Translations under genes and position numbers: made by a program
NCBI RefSeq assembly: GCF_026210795.1
Contig: NC_089431.1
Span: 1,984,001 to 2,048,000 of the forward strand
DNA length: 64,000 nt
Reading direction: 5' to 3'
Source of the DNA: Rhizophagus irregularis
Lineage: Eukaryota
Notes under the pieces: model-generated
What the model saw: the letters and a program-made list of their open reading frames with translations, nothing else
Told to the model about the DNA's origin: nothing
Database searches by the model: none
Shown here: positions 27,980 through 42,877 of the stretch, in pieces
Numbering within the stretch: position 1 is the first letter of the stretch
Layout: every line of letters begins with the position of its first letter

Positions 27980-29127
27980 ATGAAATTTTCCCAGGATGTG
28001 TAAACTATTTTTATTATTATTATTTTTAATTTTTTTTTTTTTGCCTTTTTATTTGCTTTCGTGTATATTAACGACTAAAATATCAAAAGAAAAAGCAAAT
28101 ATTTGGAAATTTCAATTTTTTTCCGTCGAATCATGAGAACCTGTATTTTCTTGGTACTAATTAATAAATGTTAATTATTATCGTAACTTGCAAAAATTTA
28201 TGACGAAGTCCTACTTAAAGTATAGATATGCAATAAATTAGTGAAATAAAAAATTTCCGTATTATGATTAGTGACTACCCCCGAAAGGTACAATGCAAAT
28301 CTTCACCATATGTTTATTATAAAATTAACAGCTTGTATTTAATTACAGCCCACACTATTATACATTTTGTTTATTGAATTAAAATAATTGTACAGCAATA
28401 ATTTATTTATTTTAAATAGAACTAATTAATATTTATGATAATAAATCGCCTTGCATAATATACGACATTTTCGTTTATTCTCAATTGCTAAAAACAGGAT
28501 CAAATTTGAAAACAATCAACTTTTTTTTACACGACATTAGCAGTAATTCAAAATTTTGCGGGCCACAGTACCCCCCCCTATGCACAGTACCCTACAAAAA
28601 AGAACTCCCATTTTCTACCGATTTTATTATTTAAAATAATTTAATAAATACCTAGGTATTACGCATGATAAATACCCAATTATTATATAATAATAAAAAC
28701 TCACGCAATGGTGGGGGTATAAGGTTAAAACCTCTGAAATCTGTATCATACCCGGCCCCCGTTATACGGTATATTATATTTGTAATTTGAAACTGTTTAC
28801 GCAACTTCAGAATCAAAATGAACTTTGTATAACCAAAAAGTAATAACAACAAGGTGTTGTTGCTAATATAATAAGCAGATGTTTATCGCTGTATCGTACT
28901 TGAGAAACACCTTACTAATTACTTGAATATGAGGTGGAATGGAATGTTGTGAAAATGAATCATAGCGGTAGGGGAATAATATTTACAGTACCCCCATGTG
29001 TAAGATCCGGGAGATCCATGGTGATCTGATCACAGTATTAAATAGTGGTTTAAAATTTTAAAATTGTAAATATTTGTCTCAATTTTTTTATTTTATTTAT
29101 CATTATTCGTTCGGTTATCGGTTCCAA

Positions 29128-29223
29128 GACGCAAAAATTACCTTTTTGATCCTCCTCGTGTTATTTTTTTGACCCGCATATACTGTATTACATATAGGAG
29201 GTCAAAAGGATAATTTTTGCGTC
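29128..29223. mobile_element. Tiny (~95 bp) MITE
   Basis: Inverted ends GACGCAAAAATTACCTTTTTGATCCTCCT / AGGAGGTCAAAAGGATAATTTTTGCGTC; TCCAAGAC repeated at both junctions. Confidence 0.7.
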
Positions 29224-29576
29224 CAAGACCGTCACGGGTTTGATCGGTTAATTGCAAATTTTAATGTATTCTAAATGTTAAATATAGCAATATCCGTCCT
29301 TCACCAATATTAATTTACTTTGAATTTTATTATTTTTATAATACCATTAAAAATTCTAGTTTTAGTGTTTTTATTCTCATTTTTGAAATTATTGGCAAAA
29401 CTTAATTTTTACGCGTTGATCACGTGATTTTCGTTTCTCTAAAAAATCACAAAGTCGGCGTTATAATTGTAAAAAAAAAATTGCGTAAATTTAAAGGATA
29501 TTATTCAATAAATTTATAATTAGTTTTATCATTAGTTTATTCGACTTTGCAGTAGTTTTGCAATAGATTTGTAGTC

Positions 29577-29650
29577 CAGTCGGTTCGGTTTTGGTTGAAA
29601 ACTACAGTTTTAAAACTGAAACCGAACCGAACCGACCGTTGGCATCCCTA
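29577..29650. mobile_element. One-ended hAT-like MITE remnant
   Basis: CGGTT/AACCG subterminal repeats ending in GGCATCCCTA (a TAGGGATG-type terminus). Confidence 0.45.
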
Positions 29651-32600
29651 GAAGCAAATAAATATAATGTGTTGGGACTCGCATTAAATGGCCTAGAATC
29701 TCTCTTTAACTGTTAATGTTATCATGCATTTCGCTTAATACAGTATAAGATTTCGCACATATCGAGCTTTATCTTTGTCACATAATATACTCAAAATGAA
29801 ATCATTTTGTAAATCATATTGCAAGTTTATTTATTACTCTAAAATTTGCAATTTACTACTACGGGAATATGATCGTTAAAGAAATAAATTCTGTGGCGAT
29901 CACGTGCTGGAAAATTCTTGGGCCATAGCATGCAATGATGGTTAATTCATCGCAGCCAAAATTACTTCATTTGGGTTAATGTCATAAGCGAAACTATTGG
30001 TTGGTCGATGGTGTAAAAAATTATATTCAATAAGTGAACAAACTTTTTAGCGATCGATTTCTACAACCAGATCTCGCCCTAGAACAAATCCTAGATCCCC
30101 GCTTCCACAATTGCTTTCATAACTTTAATTAAATCATCTAGTCTATCCGGTTTTTATATTCCATCTTTTTCCGTAAAAGGCTCATATATTTCCGAAATTA
30201 ATAACCTTATATCACGAAATTTATCGAATTATTTACATTTTCCGTGAATTGATCTCGTGAAAGGCCCATTTTTACGGAGTTTTTACAGAAATAACGGATA
30301 AAATTTTTTATAGGTTAGACCATAACTTATCATCTTCTGCCTTGAAAACCGAAAAATTAAGTTTTTAAGTCAATTGAAATAAATGGGTTCAGTAAAGACA
30401 TACTATATCGAGGTAAAATATGCTTTTCAAATTATTCTTCGGTTTCTTCCTTACTTAATCTCCAACAACATACGGAGTTTAAATGTGATACTTGCACAAC
30501 TAGGCAATAAATGCGAATTAGACTTTACGTTGCTGCCAAATATGAACTTACTACTTAACATCCTGTCCAAAAGAATGGATCGGAATAGATAAGCACCGCA
30601 TGAAAGTGGTGATACGTCACAAGCCAATTTAGAGAAGAATTAACATGTTTACTTCATCAATCATAAAAATGGGAGGTTTGGAAGAGAAAAGTAATTTCAC
30701 ATTGAAAACAACATGACTGACATTGAATTTTCCTCCTATAACTCTCTCCAAGTGACCTTTATTATTATCGAAAAGTGACTTAATATATTCTCTCTGATGC
30801 TAATCAAGGCGGTTTTTCTAGTACTAGGAGGCCCTCATTAACTCCTGTATTATAACGAGCAACACAACCGTTACTCAGTGTATTTAAAACAAAGCTACCT
30901 CGAATTTGAAGGATTTAGTTACACCAAAAACGAGAGATTTTAACATATAATCCGTGCAAAAATTACTTTAAGCTCAAAATATTATGGAAAAAGTAAAGGT
31001 GCGTAATTAAGACGTAACCCTGAGAAGAGTATTCTACTACTAATTATTCTATAATCAAAATATAGACGTAATGATATATACATAGACATAACTAAGATGT
31101 AACCCTGACTTCCGTTAATTGGTGTAGCTCTGCTTCTTTTGATGTGCCATCGGAAGTATATTGTCCAGACACAATCTGATCCTGGTTCTGAAAAGTTAAG
31201 TTTGCACCTCTAGTTCTGAGACAATGGGTCCGTGCGACATAAAGATTTCACAAAAGAACGCCTTGACGCACTGCTGACAATAATATTATTTGAGATGAAA
31301 GTTCTGTACAAGCCAATATGTTTTTTTTTTGTTCAAGTTTTCAAGGACTTTGTTAGCATCAACATAGTTTGGTGAGCCTTGTTAAGGTTAGTATAAAAGA
31401 TGTATCACTGACTATCAGGTAAATTTCATATACCCGATAGCCTGACATATCTTTAATTCTTTAATAAATCAGGTCCTATATGTATTATATTGTACAGTAT
31501 ATAGTTGAAGCCGATATTTACACGAGAATTTATTTTATTTTGTTTTATTTTATATAATTAAATTCGGTAAATTTGAATTTTGCCATAATAAATGTGTTCT
31601 ATTGCTATTTTGCTATTATTAATTTCTGTTTTCTGTTATTATTACAAATAAGCATTACATAATAATACATATACTAAAAACCACAAAATTAAAAATTAAA
31701 AGAACAAAATGTTAAAGAAAGAAATGTTAATCAAAATTTCTTTTTAATAAAAAATACATTACATAATAATCTGATTACTGTGCCGACTAAAAATAAAAAA
31801 GAAGGAACTGCGACTTAAAAGCTATTGACAAACTCTCCCCAAAAAATAACTTACCGTCTGAAAGTCTCTTCCAAAACCTACAAACTTTTATTTGCGCTGA
31901 TCAAATCTTAGGTTTGTATTTAAAGGAAAAACCGGTATATTACTCATCAAAAGAATGCTAAAATTGTATACGTTAAATATCTTTGTATAACTATAAAATT
32001 ATTTAAAGATTAGAATCGATGGGAGACAAATGAAACCAGACCATAGTGGGATAATGTGTTGGTGTGAATAGTAAAGACAAGTGAAAAGCTGGTGTGGAGT
32101 TTAGAAACATTGTTTTTACGGCTACGAGCTGAATCATGTAATTTATTTGTGATCTGTATCAATAAAGCGATTCTGGTAGTTGATTTCATTCATGTGTGCA
32201 TCGGGTAATAAAATTTCTTGCCAAATTATGAATTAGCATTTTTTTTGCATTGCGTTTCTGCCGTAAATTTCAAACCTTAGCTGAATTACAAGAGAATCAT
32301 CTTCTGACTTAATTAGGTCGAACACAATGAACTCACCTTTGCGCAGGTATCTATTAATGGTCTATTAATGATCATCGATACATTCTTCATATCGTTGGTA
32401 AACTAGCTCCAGTGACCCCGAGAGCTACCAGAGTTGAATAATACTAGACGGGTGATATTTTCACGAATGAAAATAGGGACTTTTGTGTGATATTTTGTAT
32501 CACATAAATTGGACTAATTTCTGATGACATCTATTTCCAAAAATTAGCCAAATATAAATTTGATTCATCACTTATATATGAAATTTTATAAAAGCGATTT

Positions 32601-35137
32601 GGAGTGATTGCCAGAATTAACATAATTTCGGCCAAATTTATAAATTTATGGCGGTGTAACATTAAATATTAATGCTAAGCCACCCAAATAACGATTTTAT
32701 GGAAAAAAAACAGCTTATGCAAAACTTATAAATCGGCAATCTGTCTAAAATCGGAACTATCGTGAAATTTGATGATTTCTCTTTTTAACAAATGTGCAAC
32801 TTTTTTGCTTACTATATTTCTTATAAATTTCTGCATATATGTTATGAATTTTATGAGTGTTTACCAAACTTGCAAAAAATCGCAAAGTCACATCTGACGC
32901 GCATAACAATGTAAACTACTTTTTTATAATAATAAACATGCAATTTCTTTTTCTATGTTTATGATTTTACAAAATATAAATATAAACTACGTTAAATAAA
33001 CTTTCACCTCGATTTTTAACATAATGATAGTGCCGATCTTAGACGGATCAGTGATTAGATAAATAGATATCAAATTATATATAGTAATCGCACAGAAAAT
33101 ACAATATACAAAATTCCTAAAAGTAAGAAAAACCCTAAACTAATAAAAACAAAGTATAACTAACTATTCCTGTGTGCCTCTATCTGTCATTCAAAAGAAC
33201 TAATTCGATTCGGTCATATAACTCCTAATCCTAAAAAAATTTCCAAAGGAAGTTAAAACGCCGAACTATCCGAAACGCATGATTTGCCTCTGGCCACGTG
33301 ATGGTTCATCCGTATATATTCTCTGAGTAGGAAAGGACGTGGAGAAAGAAGAAATAGGGATGTAAGAGTTGATGGAAGGCGACTGGGAAACCTTTGTGAA
33401 AAATAACAAAAGAATAAAAATAAAAGTATTATAAAAGAATTAATTTAACTATTTAAGCTTCTTTTAATATAAATATCTTTACAAATAAAAAGCTACAAAC
33501 AAATTTTCTTTAAAAAAACCAAAAAGGAAAAATAGAAATATTTCTTTAGGAAACATTTCTTCTTCTTTTTAACTTGTATGTAGTTTTCCTAACATGGCTA
33601 GTTGTTCAGCATTCATCATCTTTCAGTTGCCTATCGTGTTAAAACTAAATACAACGAATCACGTTATTTTCTTAAGTTACAACCAAGGCATCGGCCATAT
33701 CATTTAGTGCATCGCCTAGACTTTGACTAAAGCAACCTTTAGTTTCAAGGTGGTTATAAATTTAATTGCTGACTACATTAAATGGCTGTTGAGCTTTTGG
33801 AAACTTCTAGGAGTTAAATTTTGGATAATCCAATCGCAAGTGAATTTGTACGAATATTGATGTTGCAATGCTTGGAACAAACCAAAAGAATCGCAAGTTT
33901 GATCCGAGGTAAGTGAGAGATGCATTATGATGATGCGTTTAGAATAAGATTCTTTATAAGAACGTGGATTGGGGAATGATGGGTCTAATAAAGGAAAAAT
34001 AGTGTACACAGGACAGGGTACATTAGTTAAATATTTGGCGCATTAAAGAATACAATATCAGTCATGTGACAATAATGCTAATAATGCGAAACTTTATTAT
34101 TATGCAATATCATGGATCGTAAAGTGATCGCAAAATTACTCCGAGAAAATGTTACAAAATTTACACATGAAAATATAGAGTCTCCCCCTGTTTCACTCTT
34201 TTAACGATCATATTGATTTTTTTGAGATATTTTGTACTTTAGCATGGGTTTATATATAGATTAAACTATAATGGTCTAACTAAATCAGATTATTATAATT
34301 TAGTCTGTACTATAGAATAGAAAAAAATAACATTGTTTATTAATAAAGTGGAAACAAATTTTTGGAGGTAAATATGTTAATAAGGTTTACTATTCCCATT
34401 CAATAAATCAAAATAAGAGAGAATATATATAATATTGTTACGTCTTCTTAATATATATATATATATATATATGAAGTTTTATACAGTACATTATTCTAAG
34501 GGTTCGGCTGTTCGCCGAGTAAGAGGGTCGGTGATAATATAACACTTGTACGATGATAAATTTTCTTTAAGTATAACATGAGTAAATATTTTTAGTAAAC
34601 TAAATATTGTTTTACATTATCGGGTTACCCCCTGGTTGTACTTCGTCAAGTAATGAATTTTGTTCTCTTGTTTACAATCTGGCATTTGCTATAGTTAATT
34701 TCCGAAATTAATTATAGATAATCTGATAGGAGAAGATTCTGCGAAATTTTTCTATTTTTATTTTGGGCTGGTTATGAATTCGTTATAGTTAGCATTATAT
34801 TGCATTTTTAGGATATCGGTTATCAAATATATTTTCATTTTGATAATAAAGCCATTTGGTGATACATGATAATAGAACCACTTGTGGTACACAGAGATTT
34901 TCTTATATTCTTTGTTACACATTTATTTTTAGTTAGATCAAAAAAGCATAATAATAACCAAAATATGTATTTCTCATAAATCGTCAACCGTTTAACCAAA
35001 CAAATTTCAGGGCTGAAAAATTTTGACTATAAATTAAATCCATGAAAAAAAAAACTCCCTTTTGAAAAAACTTCTTTTTTCCGCCCTTTTTTTTATTTTT
35101 AATACGAAGTTTTTTTTTTTAAAAAAAATAATTTATC

Positions 35138-36418
35138 ATGGCGAAATTATCCATTACGGGGATAGTCACATTAGTTTCAATTTTATTATATGCAATAATA
35201 TTAACCGCGTTAGAAATATTAGTGGTTCTTTTTCATCATAACTTCGTTGACCAATTTGAACTTGACCGTCAAGGAAAAGGTATATCCGAGGCTGATTTAA
35301 TTTATCATGCAATGTAAGTTAATTATTGAAACATCAACCTAGGCTTTCCTTTTCTCTTTCAACTTAAAAAATTTTCTTTTAATAGATTCATGTTATCACT
35401 TGCTTTTCAAGTTTTATTATGTGTTGATGCATTATGGAGAAAAAATTCAATGCAGTTAATAGCTTTGGTTTTATTTAATCTTCTCTCACTTGTCTATGCT
35501 GGAGTACAACTTTATCAACATATGATATTAGAAGATGAAGGAACCGAAAACGCAAAGTTTGTGCCGAAAGATGCTAAGTTTCAAACACCAGAATCCACAA
35601 AAGCATTTTTTATAAAAAGAATGAGACCGTTAGAATATGTAATAATTGGCATAGTTACTGCTTTTTCGGGATATTTAGCAGCATTATCAATTAAATTAAC
35701 GAAAGACTTTGGATGGGATGTTTATAGAACTTACTCAGCTGACGTAAAAATTCGAGATGCATTTCGGTCCCTGTCGATATTACAAACATTAATTAAATTG
35801 GATATATTTTTCATTGGATCATACGCTATACAGCTTATTCCTTCACAAAATATTGGTTATTCTAATTCTATCGCGGAAACTATATTAATTTTCTTTATTG
35901 GAACTATAATGTTATTGATGGCTTGGTATTCTATAATGCAAGAGAGCAAATATATTCTACTTTGTGTTATAAATCTGTTAACACTTTCTTTGATTTATAT
36001 GGTTTATCGCATAATTAGTATTAATATACCACGTCCAGATGATCCTTATGAATTTACTAGACGTCTTTTAACATTCTTTTTGGCTACTACAATTTGTTTG
36101 GTATTATTCACAATTTTTTATGCGATCAAATGCTTTAAAAATATGATGCAAGGTAACTATGTATTCACCACTTATGGTTTACCTGGTCAAGAACAAAATG
36201 CGCCAGAAATTCAACAAAATATTCCAAATAGTTTTAATACTGAATATCTTGGTTATAGTGGTTATAGTGGTTATAGTGGTTATAGTGGTTATAGTGGTAA
36301 TAATACTGGTAATAATAATAATTTAGTTCCTAATGAAACACAAAAAAAATCGAAAAGAGCTAGTAAAATTGCTGAAGTTCAAAATGCTCGGCTTTCTAGA
36401 AGAATAAGTATTGACTAG
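35138..36418 (+). CDS. Multi-pass membrane protein, UPF0658 Golgi membrane protein-like (2 exons)
   Basis: FQVLLCVDALWRKNSMQLIALVLFN, DFGWDVYRTYSAD and LIKLDIFF motifs; intron ~35314-35386 joins an upstream ATG exon. Confidence 0.7.
36251..36295 (+). repeat. Coding tandem repeat (GGTTATAGT)x5 encoding (GYS)5
   Basis: Five perfect 9-bp units. Confidence 0.95.
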
Positions 36419-37724
36419 TGGCTTAGACTTTGATATAACTGTAAAAAATTAGTAATTATTAATCATATTATAATCATTTGTATAAATATTATATTGGGAA
36501 AGTTATAAATAAAAAAAATTAGTATTACACAAACACTACAAAATAAGAATCGATCGGTCAATATTCTATACTTGTTTTGACGAATTTAATAAATTTAATA
36601 ACTTAAAAGACTAGTTGAAAATTCTCTTCTAAATAAAATTGGTAAGCAAAAATCTTTCATGCTTTATTAAATAAAAAGGTTGAATAAGTACTTTTATAAG
36701 ACACATGTTCCAACTTGTAAAGATGCATCCGAATAGGACAGATAACTCCGATAGTAACTCCGATATCAAAAAAAAATAATATTTTTTTTTTTATGTAATG
36801 CAGGAATGCACTAATATATCACGCTCTCTTGCCTAAACCATTCTTGCATATACCATATATTATGTGTAATTTCCGTTAATGGGTATCTAAGTAATAATAA
36901 CTGGTTTAAAGGATATCTTTACTATAAATACACGTTGACAAATTCCGTTCCACAATAGTTCCGCGGTATATTGAAAGGTTCCGGTTTATCAAGACTGCTT
37001 GTGTATTACTTTTATAGTATCTAGTCATCTAGTATATTCTCTATTTTCTTGTAATAAAAATACTGTCAAAGTTCAAGATGAGAAATAACAGATAAATTTC
37101 CGAATGGTAAGCGACAGATGGGATCTCTTAAAGTTTTATTAAATATTCTTTAAAAAATTATAGTTTTTTACCTATCATTTCCTTAGATTGTGATTTCTTA
37201 TGTTAAACAGAGGTATGAAACGAATTTGGTCCCATATGTTTTTTATAATTTTATATATGTAACTTCACTCTTCAGCCTGTAGGATCAAAGTGTTAATTTA
37301 CTTATTTTTATGAAAGAATAAATTTTCAACTAAAAAATATTTGGAATATTGATGGATGGGTCACAAATAGACATGATAATATCCATACCCTGTGACCTGA
37401 AGGGTAGGAAATGTCTTTTTTTCTCTAAATCCTGCAGAATACAATCAATCAAAGATCAGGAATATAAATTTATCTTCATAAATTAAATAATTTAAATAAT
37501 TGTACATATATACACATAGTACGTATATATAGAATATTTTTTCTTATAATGTTATAATAAATGAAAAAACTAACAGTAAAAGTTACAGCGTATTATATAA
37601 AATATAAAATTAATCCATTAGGTTAGTAGTAACTTACTCGTTCTTATTTACACATTAATTATATACATGCATGGCGTGAATAATCAACTCTTAACAAAAA
37701 TATGCCAAACGGGAAGAAATAAGC

Positions 37725-38657
37725 TTAAAAGTTTTTAGCCGAACCTGTAATGATAGAAAAAATGCGGAAAAAGAAATTAGAAAGATATTTATTTATTTAT
37801 ATTGATTCTTGACACTCGCACCTGGCATATCTTCTTCATGATATACCACATACCATTTCGGAACGATGAGGAAGAACCGGTTAATGAAGGACAGTTCTTA
37901 CCGAGATAATGCAATCAATGATGTTAATTAGCTAAATTGTTTAATAATATATTAAATTCAACTAAACGTACTTGTCCAAAGTGATTTCCTGCACAATTAT
38001 AACAATAAGATCTAATGTTTCTTGTAGGTTCTTTTGCTTCTTGTTTATTGTATAACCTCCAAGTTGACTGTAATAAAATAAATATACACATATATTTATA
38101 TAACAAAAATAACAAATTACTTACTTCGTCATTATCGGGAGAACGTATTTCCTCGCAGGTGCGTTCATCGTGGTTATACCCTTTACAGAGTGAGCAGCGT
38201 TGTCCACCACGTTGTTGTCCATTACTGTATGATGGATAATCATCTTCGTCATAAGTTATTCTTTTTCGTTTATGAAGTATTTCATCACTCTCTAAATGCT
38301 TCGAGCCTTTTTGTGAAGATCTTGATCGATTATTCTCTGATACATCATTAGTTCCGGCAATCTTATTTGGAATAATTGTATCGCCTACTTTATCAGACTT
38401 AGTGACTTCATGCTTAGGTACTATATCCTGGTTATTTGAAACATTGGGTTCCGAGTTATCCACCGCATAATATATTCGTGCTAAGGCATTTGTCAACTCG
38501 GTTTCACTGCATTTTAAAGAATAGTAGCTTATAGTTTGAGCCATTTAATTCTAAGTGTAAAGTTGGCGGTTTAATACCTTTCCGATGTATCTTCATTAAC
38601 TTGATAAATTTCGTTCTCATATTGGAGAACTTGTTCGTAGTCAAAATCGTCATCCAT
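37725..38657 (-). CDS. AIR1/2-like zinc-knuckle protein, short form
   Basis: First exon MDDDFDYEQV (38657-38578) splices in frame to 38506; knuckles CSLCKGYNHDERTC and TWRLY...YCYNCAGNHFGQNC resemble the Air IWRxY linker; 3' end uncertain. Confidence 0.55.
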
Positions 38658-39004
38658 CGGGAAGAATAAAGTCAACACAATTTTATGGCGTTTTTCTAGA
38701 AGTCACTTCAGAAAAAGATATAAGGTATATGATTTTTATTTACAATAAAAGTGGTATGAAAGTTTGGATTTGCTGCCGACTTATTGTCTAACAAAAAAAT
38801 TGTAGTGTTCTATTTGATCTAAGTGTAGCGTTACTCATGTTACACAGTGTTATTGGTACTGCTGATAGACTGTCGATACACGTAAAACGAAATGGTTCTT
38901 TTTTTTATAGAAGTTAGGGGTTAAATATTGTAAAGGCGCTTGAATTTTCTTTTTAATTTAAGAATAATTTTAATAATTTTATCGTAGTAATAAGGATACT
39001 GATA

Positions 39005-40338
39005 ATGACCGAGAAAAAGGTGATAATTGCTTTAATTTACTCGGTAATATGATAAGGTTTTAAATGTTGTTACATTATATCATTTTCGTATACAGAAAGA
39101 TAAAGTGCTTCATTCTCTGATAGCTGGTTTAGTTGCCGGTGGAGTAGAAGCAACGATTACAGTACGTAATTTAAGTATAGCTACGAAATTATTATTGTTG
39201 TAATAATTATAATCATAATAATCAATTAATATAGTATCCAACAGAATATGTAAAGACTCAATTACAATTAGATGGAACAAGCGGAACTAAGGTAATTATC
39301 ATAGATGTGAAGTAAATAATCATGTTTTGATAAATTATTTTCTTTTCTTAAATTTGCAAACATCTTAGAGATTTAAAGGTCCAATTGATTGTGCAGTAAA
39401 GACGGTACAAGAAAAAGGAATCCCTGGTTTATATAAAGGATTATCTGCGTTAGTTATAGGAACAGCAGCAAAAGCGGGGGTCCGTTTTTTAACTTATGAT
39501 CAACTCAAAGTACTGTTACAAGATGAAAACGGCAATGTTTCTGGACCTAGATCAATGCTTGGTAATATAAATAGTTCTTTGGATCGTTATGATACGTTGT
39601 AAATTCGCGTGATTAATAATTATTATTAATTAGCTGGGCTTGGTGCCGGAATGGTTGAAGCTATCACTGTAGTAACTCCCACCGAAACGATAAAGTATTT
39701 AGTTTCCTTAGTTTTAATTTTTTTTATTTTACAAAATTTTATAAATAAATTTTTTGTTAATAGAACGAAAATAATTCACGATCAAACTCGAGCAAAACCT
39801 CAATATAATGGACTTGTACATGGCGTAACCAAGATTATAGCAAATGAAGGTTTAGGAGGAATTTATCGCGGATTATTTCCTGTTATGATGCGTCAAGGGG
39901 CAAATCAAGCAGTGCGTTTTTCAACTTATTCTACACTTAAACAAGAATTTCAAAAATATTCAGGACCACCAGGACAACCTTTACCTGCTCTAGTGACATT
40001 TGGCATAGGTGCAATAGCTGGCACAGTAACCGTTTATGCTACTATGCCATTAGATGTAATAAAAACCAAGATGCAAGGTTTAAAAGCAAAAGAATTATAC
40101 CGAAATAGTTTTCATTGTGGTTGGAAAATTTTAAAAGAAGAAGGTTTATTAGCTTTTTGGAAAGGAGCAACTCCTAGATTAAGCAGATTATTGGTAAGTC
40201 GTATATAATAATACGTAATTGATTATTTATTAAACATAATTTAATTGATTTAAATAATAGTTTTCAGGAGGTATTATCTTTACAGTCTATGAACAAGTGA
40301 TGACAGGTTTAAGAAAAATAGAAGAATTGAAGTATTAG
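39005..40338 (+). CDS. CTP1: Mitochondrial citrate/tricarboxylate carrier
   Basis: Carrier signatures YPTEYVKTQLQL, TPTETIK, MPLDVIKTKMQ; KAGVRF, RQGANQAVRF and GATPRLSRL are typical of CTP1. Confidence 0.9.
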
Positions 40339-40664
40339 AATAGAATGATCTTATAATTATTAATAAAACTTTTAAATTTAAAAATTTCGCGTTTATAATT
40401 GCATTCAACATTTAATTAATCTATAATTACATCCCATTCTCAATATAAATAATATTTACTTTTGTTGAAAGTGGTAAAAAAAAAAAATTCTAGTAGCAAC
40501 TTTTAAATTAAAAAAATGAAGTGATTTAAAAAGTGAATTGATCAGGAATTAAAGAAGGAATTAGGTATAGCTAAATTAAAAAATGATATTGCATGGCGCA
40601 AACAATAAAATAACCTAAAAAAAAATAATTTAAAATAAAAATCCAATAACATAAAATTATCATT

Positions 40665-41992
40665 TTAAGTTACAAGAATGAAAACCAAGAAAAAGAATAT
40701 TATAACTGCAAATATTTTAACCATTAGCCATCGATTTGAAGAAATACTAGCATAATATTTTAATAGTTCCTTTTGTGCTCCCTCTACATGAGTTTGTATG
40801 TCATCTGTGTTGGCATCAATTCTATTAAAAAAATTCGAGTGATTTAAAATTAATGAGATTTTAATTTCTTTTAAGACAAATAGAACATTCACTTTACCTT
40901 TGAACAGTTTCCCGCTGTTCTGCGACCATTGTTGCCAATTGTTGAAAAATATTACCAAGCTCAGCTATTGTTGATTCAATAGATTCAATCGCTGTTGCAC
41001 GACTTTCAATATAATTATCCTTTTTGAAGGAATAAAATAATTTTAATAAAAACTCAAATTGAATTTACATCACAATTTGAAAAAAGTTTTTACCTGTTGA
41101 TCAATAAATTGTAATTGCTGAGCTTGTCCTGAAGACATATCAAGAGCAAGAAAATCTGTATTCTGTTGAACATTACGTCTTTGCGTATTATATAATGGTG
41201 AATCAGTTGCAGGTATATCAGTTTGTTGATTAGAAGAAAACATGAATTGTTCCTTCCTATCCTTACTCGCTTTCATATTCTAAATAATATTAAAGAGAAA
41301 TTACTATTTATATTTATATATTGTACGTTAAAATTTACGCTCAAAATAATACCTGAGTTCGAATTTCCAAAACATCCTTAAAACTCATACTAGTACTAGC
41401 TAGTTTTGATTGTAACATAACTACAACATTAGAAGAATGTTCATCGGCCTGTTTATTATTTTTTTTATGATCCCGAACATATTGTTGGAGTAGGGCTATT
41501 TGCTTATTTAATTTTGCAATGTCCTGCTTAATTATATAAGTCAATTCCTATATATATAAAGATTAATTATTAGATTAATTAAATTTAGAACTAATTATTT
41601 GGCTAAATATTAAAATAAACCTACGCTAATTTCAACAGGCCGATCGTCAAAAAGTGTCTTTCGCTTAGCCACTAAATAACACATATATAAAATTATTAAT
41701 ATTGATTAATTGATACCAAGATAGTGATTAATTACTTACATTTCGTCAATTTTTGTAATTTAGCCGCTGTAATGTTTATATCCTTTCCTATCGCCGCCGC
41801 CATCTTTGCAAACTCACTTTTATTGACACCTGTACTACCGTTTACTAGTTTACTACTATTATTACTATTTAGCAATGGTCTTCGATGTTCTAAATTATGT
41901 CTTGCTTGAAAGCCTCCATGACCATTCGAGGACCTTGTACGGATTGACTCCACTGCGGCGTAAAATTCGGACGTTCTATCTTTAACTGACAT
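40665..41992 (-). CDS. SED5: Syntaxin-5 (cis-Golgi Qa-SNARE)
   Basis: N-terminal KDRTSEF, KRKTLFDDRPVEI, SNARE helix IESTIAELGNIFQQLATMV, C-terminal SSNRWLMVKIF TM anchor. Confidence 0.93.
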
Positions 41993-42331
41993 TTTATTAT
42001 TTTAACTTGACGGAAAGGCTGAGAGAATTATAAAATTTTGACTTTAATAACTCAGATCTAGAGCTTGAAAGTAGTAAGGATAAGTATATAAACTAGCTTT
42101 TTATCAAAAAAAGAAAGTGATTGTTATTTCTAAACCCGCCACGCCGCTGAATACAAGTATTCGGTGAAATATTTTGCGCTTTAAATAATTGTACGTGTTA
42201 CCAAATTATTGGGATCATCCCCTTGCATAATACGTTTATATTCTTGCATTTTATTATTTTCATGTTTATAAAGCAGAAAAGTAAAATTTTGATTTTATTT
42301 TTAGACACAGAACGATCTAAAACTTACAGCA

Positions 42332-42877
42332 ATGGGTAAACGTAAAACCAAAAGAAAGCCAAAACCAAAGAAGAAATTAGTGCTTGATACTCACTTTGAC
42401 TGTATCGCCTGTCACCATGAGAAAAGTGTCGACGTTAAAATGTAAGATGCAAATAAATTTCTTTTACCGTTAACGTTCGAAACAGCTTATATAAATAGCT
42501 AAAGGGTTTTTAAATTGTAATTAGGCAACGTGATGCAAAAGTTGGTAACTTAAATTGTAGAATATGTGGTATTAAATTTCAATCAACTATAAATCGTAAG
42601 ATTTTTTTTCTTTTTTAAAAACATTCTCTCATTATATTGTAAGAAGAGAAATAATAGAATTTCTTTTTCAGCTTTAAGTGACCCTGTTGATGTATATTAT
42701 GAATGGGTTGATGCTTCACAAACAACCAAGCCTGAAGACTCTCGTGGTTTGTCAGACGATGAATTAGATTATCATGACAAGGATTTAAGAAATATTAGTG
42801 ATGGCGAAGATGATAATAGACTAAGAGATAGAGGAAGAACCTCAGATTTTGGAGAGGATGATGAGGATTATGATTAA
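42332..42877 (+). CDS. ELF1: Transcription elongation factor Elf1 (3 exons)
   Basis: MGKRK...[35 protein letters not shown], acidic tail. Confidence 0.9.
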
